NCBI GenBank assembly: GCA_008632985.1
Contig: QPGO01000308.1
Coordinates: 1 to 60,655, forward strand
DNA: 60,655 nt
Direction of reading: 5' to 3'
DNA from: Psammoneis japonica
Taxonomy: Eukaryota
The position numbers were made by a program, and so were the translations under genes. Numbering within the stretch: position 1 is the stretch's first letter; every line of letters begins with the position of its first letter. The notes below the pieces were generated by a model, which made no database searches, was not told the origin of the DNA, and was given only the letters and a program-made list of their open reading frames with translations. Below are positions 58,561-60,655 of this stretch, piece by piece.

Positions 58561-59877
58561 CTACTCCTTGCTCTTCTCCTCTTTTTCATTATTCCCTTTG
58601 GCTCGATTCAATCCTTGTTCCAACTCGGTCGCTTCCTCGACTCGCTTGCATTTGAAGAGGTATGTCACGGACGACTTGTCGGGATTGAGCGTTGTGAGTT
58701 GTATGCAATGATCGCTTTTGCGTTCACACCGCGACAAAAGTAACTTGACATTGATCAAGAGCTTTGTTCCCGGTCCACCCGCTGTGGTTTCCCGTCGTTG
58801 CACAACACGGCCGTGTCCATTCTGGACAAGAATGCGCAACGGACCAATCCCGACCTCTTTCCACTCTTTTTCTGTAGTAGAACTGTCTTGTTTTGTTTCT
58901 GATTTCTTTTCGGGAGTTGGTTTCTTGGCTTGCGCAGAATTGCTGCTGGGTGGGACCGAGGGTGCCGACGATGCCTTTTTCGTTTCGTCCGTCTCGGCTT
59001 CTTCTCCTTCCTCTTCTTCTTCTGGTTTTTTATCCGCCAACTCAAAGGCCTTGACTCGAACCTGAAGAATACACTCTTCGTTCTCTTCCCCTGTACTGAG
59101 TTTCACAGACTCGGGAAGAACCACGGCTGGTTCTTCTTTTGGTTTGCTTGCAGTAGCAAAGCCAGACGAAGCAAAGCCAGACGTTGTTTCTCCGGATGAT
59201 GCCGATCCAAATCCTGAACTTGTCGTAGAACCAAAAGTTGATGTAGTTGCTGCTGCAGCTGCACCGAATCCCTTGGAAGCTGCTGTTCCGGCACCAAACA
59301 CAAATGCCCCAGAAGATGCTGCGGTTGATCCGAATCCGGCAGAAGAAGCTGTTCCAGAACCAAACACTCCAGACGACGCTGCAGTCTTATTTTCGACTTT
59401 TCCAAACCCACTAGTTTTGCTCGTACTATTATTAGTACCGAATGCCTTGCTAAAGGTACTACCAAAGACACTAGTAGTACTACTCTTGCTCTTTTCAGCA
59501 GCCGCAGCAAAGGGATTGTTCGACGTGGTTGCTTCTGGAGCTGCAGCGGACGGTCGCTTGACTTTGAGAATTTTACGCTTTTTCAAGACTTCCTCGCTCG
59601 CCCGTTCAAACGAACCCGGGGCAGCGTTTGTACTGCCTTCGTCTTCATCTTCTTTATCGTCCTTTGTGATTTGTCGATCGGCGACGCGCTTCTTTTTGGC
59701 TGGTGCAGCGCTCGTTTGTTTTGTTTCCGCAGGCGTTGTGGATGTTTTTGTTTCGCTTTCTTTTGCTTCTACCGGTGATTTGTCGTCTGCTTTTTTGTCG
59801 TTGCTAATGCCGCCGTTTTCTTCTGGCTTGGCACCGCCCTCATCCTTGGCGGCATCCGTGGTGGTTGACGCCGCCAT
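58561..59877 (-). CDS. NUP50: Nup50/Nup2-like FG nucleoporin with Ran-binding domain, 438 aa
   Basis: KKRVADRQITKDD..FERASEEVLKKRKILKVKR N-terminal motif, FG repeats, TGEENE..WKEVGIGPLRIL RanBD. Confidence 0.9.
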   Translation of the reverse strand: MAASTTTDAAKDEGGAKPEENGGISNDKKADDKSPVEAKESETKTSTTPAETKQTSAAPAKKKRVADRQITKDDKEDEDEGSTNAAPGSFERASEEVLKKRKILKVKRPSAAAPEATTSNNPFAAAAEKSKSSTTSVFGSTFSKAFGTNNSTSKTSGFGKVENKTAASSGVFGSGTASSAGFGSTAASSGAFVFGAGTAASKGFGAAAAATTSTFGSTTSSGFGSASSGETTSGFASSGFATASKPKEEPAVVLPESVKLSTGEENEECILQVRVKAFELADKKPEEEEEGEEAETDETKKASSAPSVPPSSNSAQAKKPTPEKKSETKQDSSTTEKEWKEVGIGPLRILVQNGHGRVVQRRETTAGGPGTKLLINVKLLLSRCERKSDHCIQLTTLNPDKSSVTYLFKCKRVEEATELEQGLNRAKGNNEKEEKSKE

Positions 59878-59954
59878 GGTGATGTTGAAATAAAAGTGAT
59901 TGCGCTGAGGTCCGGCGGCGCCCACGTGAGGTTCGGTACATTTTCTACTTAGGA

Positions 59955-60409
59955 ATGATGGGAAAATCTGTCTGTCTGTCTGTCTCACGCAACATGGTCC
60001 GTGACTCGATAAAGAATGGCCCACATTGCTGCACAGGATGCCACATGGGGCTGCACCTGCACTGTAAGAGAGAATGGGCTTGGGGAAAAAGAAAAAGACA
60101 CTGGACTGCCATGGGTGAGATGTTGACAAATAAAGAGCCAATGACAACTGCTCCTCCGTTGCATCATTTGCACCGCTGGTCGAACACCAAATGCCCGCCA
60201 AGAAGCGAAGCCTCAGAAAACATGCATTGTTGGCAACGACATGCTGCAAGACGTCTGTCACTGAGCATGGAACAGTGATGATGGAGGTCTCACTGGCAGC
60301 ATCACTTCTGTGGGTGGAAACAGCACCATTCCCTGAGCAAAAGCTTCAGCAGTGCCGCTGCGAGGATCAAGAATGTGGGGGCCTTCTGCATTCATTGAGA
60401 ATGCCGGCA
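59955..60409. other. TpA-depleted tract between the NUP50 start and a MITE
   Basis: About three TA in 450 bp; TG/CA-rich. Confidence 0.6.
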
Positions 60410-60655
60410 GACGCGTTCCAGCCCTAGGTGGGAGCTCGTAGTACTGACGTGTGACAACAATAATTTTTATCATCCGTCGTATGTTTCGTACATAGATTTC
60501 TACGTGTGATATTAAAAAAAATTGTCCAGACTCGCTGTTTTGCGAAGCCCCAGACGTTTTATATAACAAATTTATAGAAACAATAATGCGCAAGTTACAT
60601 TCTTCAATGTCTGAAGAATGTAACTGGCTAAGTAAAAAATGATGTACTTCAATCA
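60410..60655 (+). mobile_element. Left part of a MITE related to 9376-9765 (runs off the window)
   Basis: gacgcgttccagccctaggtgggagctcg...cgtcgtatgt...tagatttctacgtg shared with 9376-9475. Confidence 0.75.

Noticed and set aside
59878..60261. 128-aa N-terminal extension of NUP50 in the ORF track
   Set aside because: It runs into the stop-depleted tract; the conserved protein starts at the ATG at 59877
1..60655. A gene encoding the putative mutator (deaminase, methyltransferase or Y-family polymerase), and tRNA/rRNA genes
   Set aside because: No convincing HxE..PCxxC deaminase, methyltransferase or polymerase motifs in the credible CDSs, and no structured RNA gene recognised by eye; the machinery is presumably encoded elsewhere

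Overview
Eukaryotic nuclear DNA, very probably from a pennate diatom: ASAFAP-type bipartite plastid presequences, an aureochrome LOV fragment, short ~90-bp GT-AG introns and RXL-motif secreted proteins. About two thirds of the window is ordinary gene-dense sequence (PGP, NTT-like MFS transporter, PGAP1, Myb-like factor, F-box/Kelch, ricin-B lectin, LtrA-PAS, ShK-P4H, FEX, Mpv17-like, SAP-like, NUP50). About one third lies in sharply bounded repeat/TE tracts from which the dinucleotide TpA has been almost erased by TpA->TpG/CpA (sometimes CpG) transitions on both strands, the reverse of fungal RIP. The clearest case is a structurally perfect Ty3/Gypsy element (30831-36274: identical 5-bp TSD, two 164-bp LTRs, no frameshift). 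Four consecutive pol segments (930 codons) contain no Tyr, conserved Tyr reads Cys or His (YIDD reads CIDD), and the LTRs differ by 19 transitions and no transversions. Duplicated segments, a half-converted microsatellite and a degraded Copia element corroborate this. I read it as a candidate repeat-targeted A:T->G:C genome-defence mutator. A base-calling artefact on modified DNA has to be excluded, because many host genes show single-base frameshifts typical of long-read consensus errors. Family assignments are from motif recognition, not database searches.
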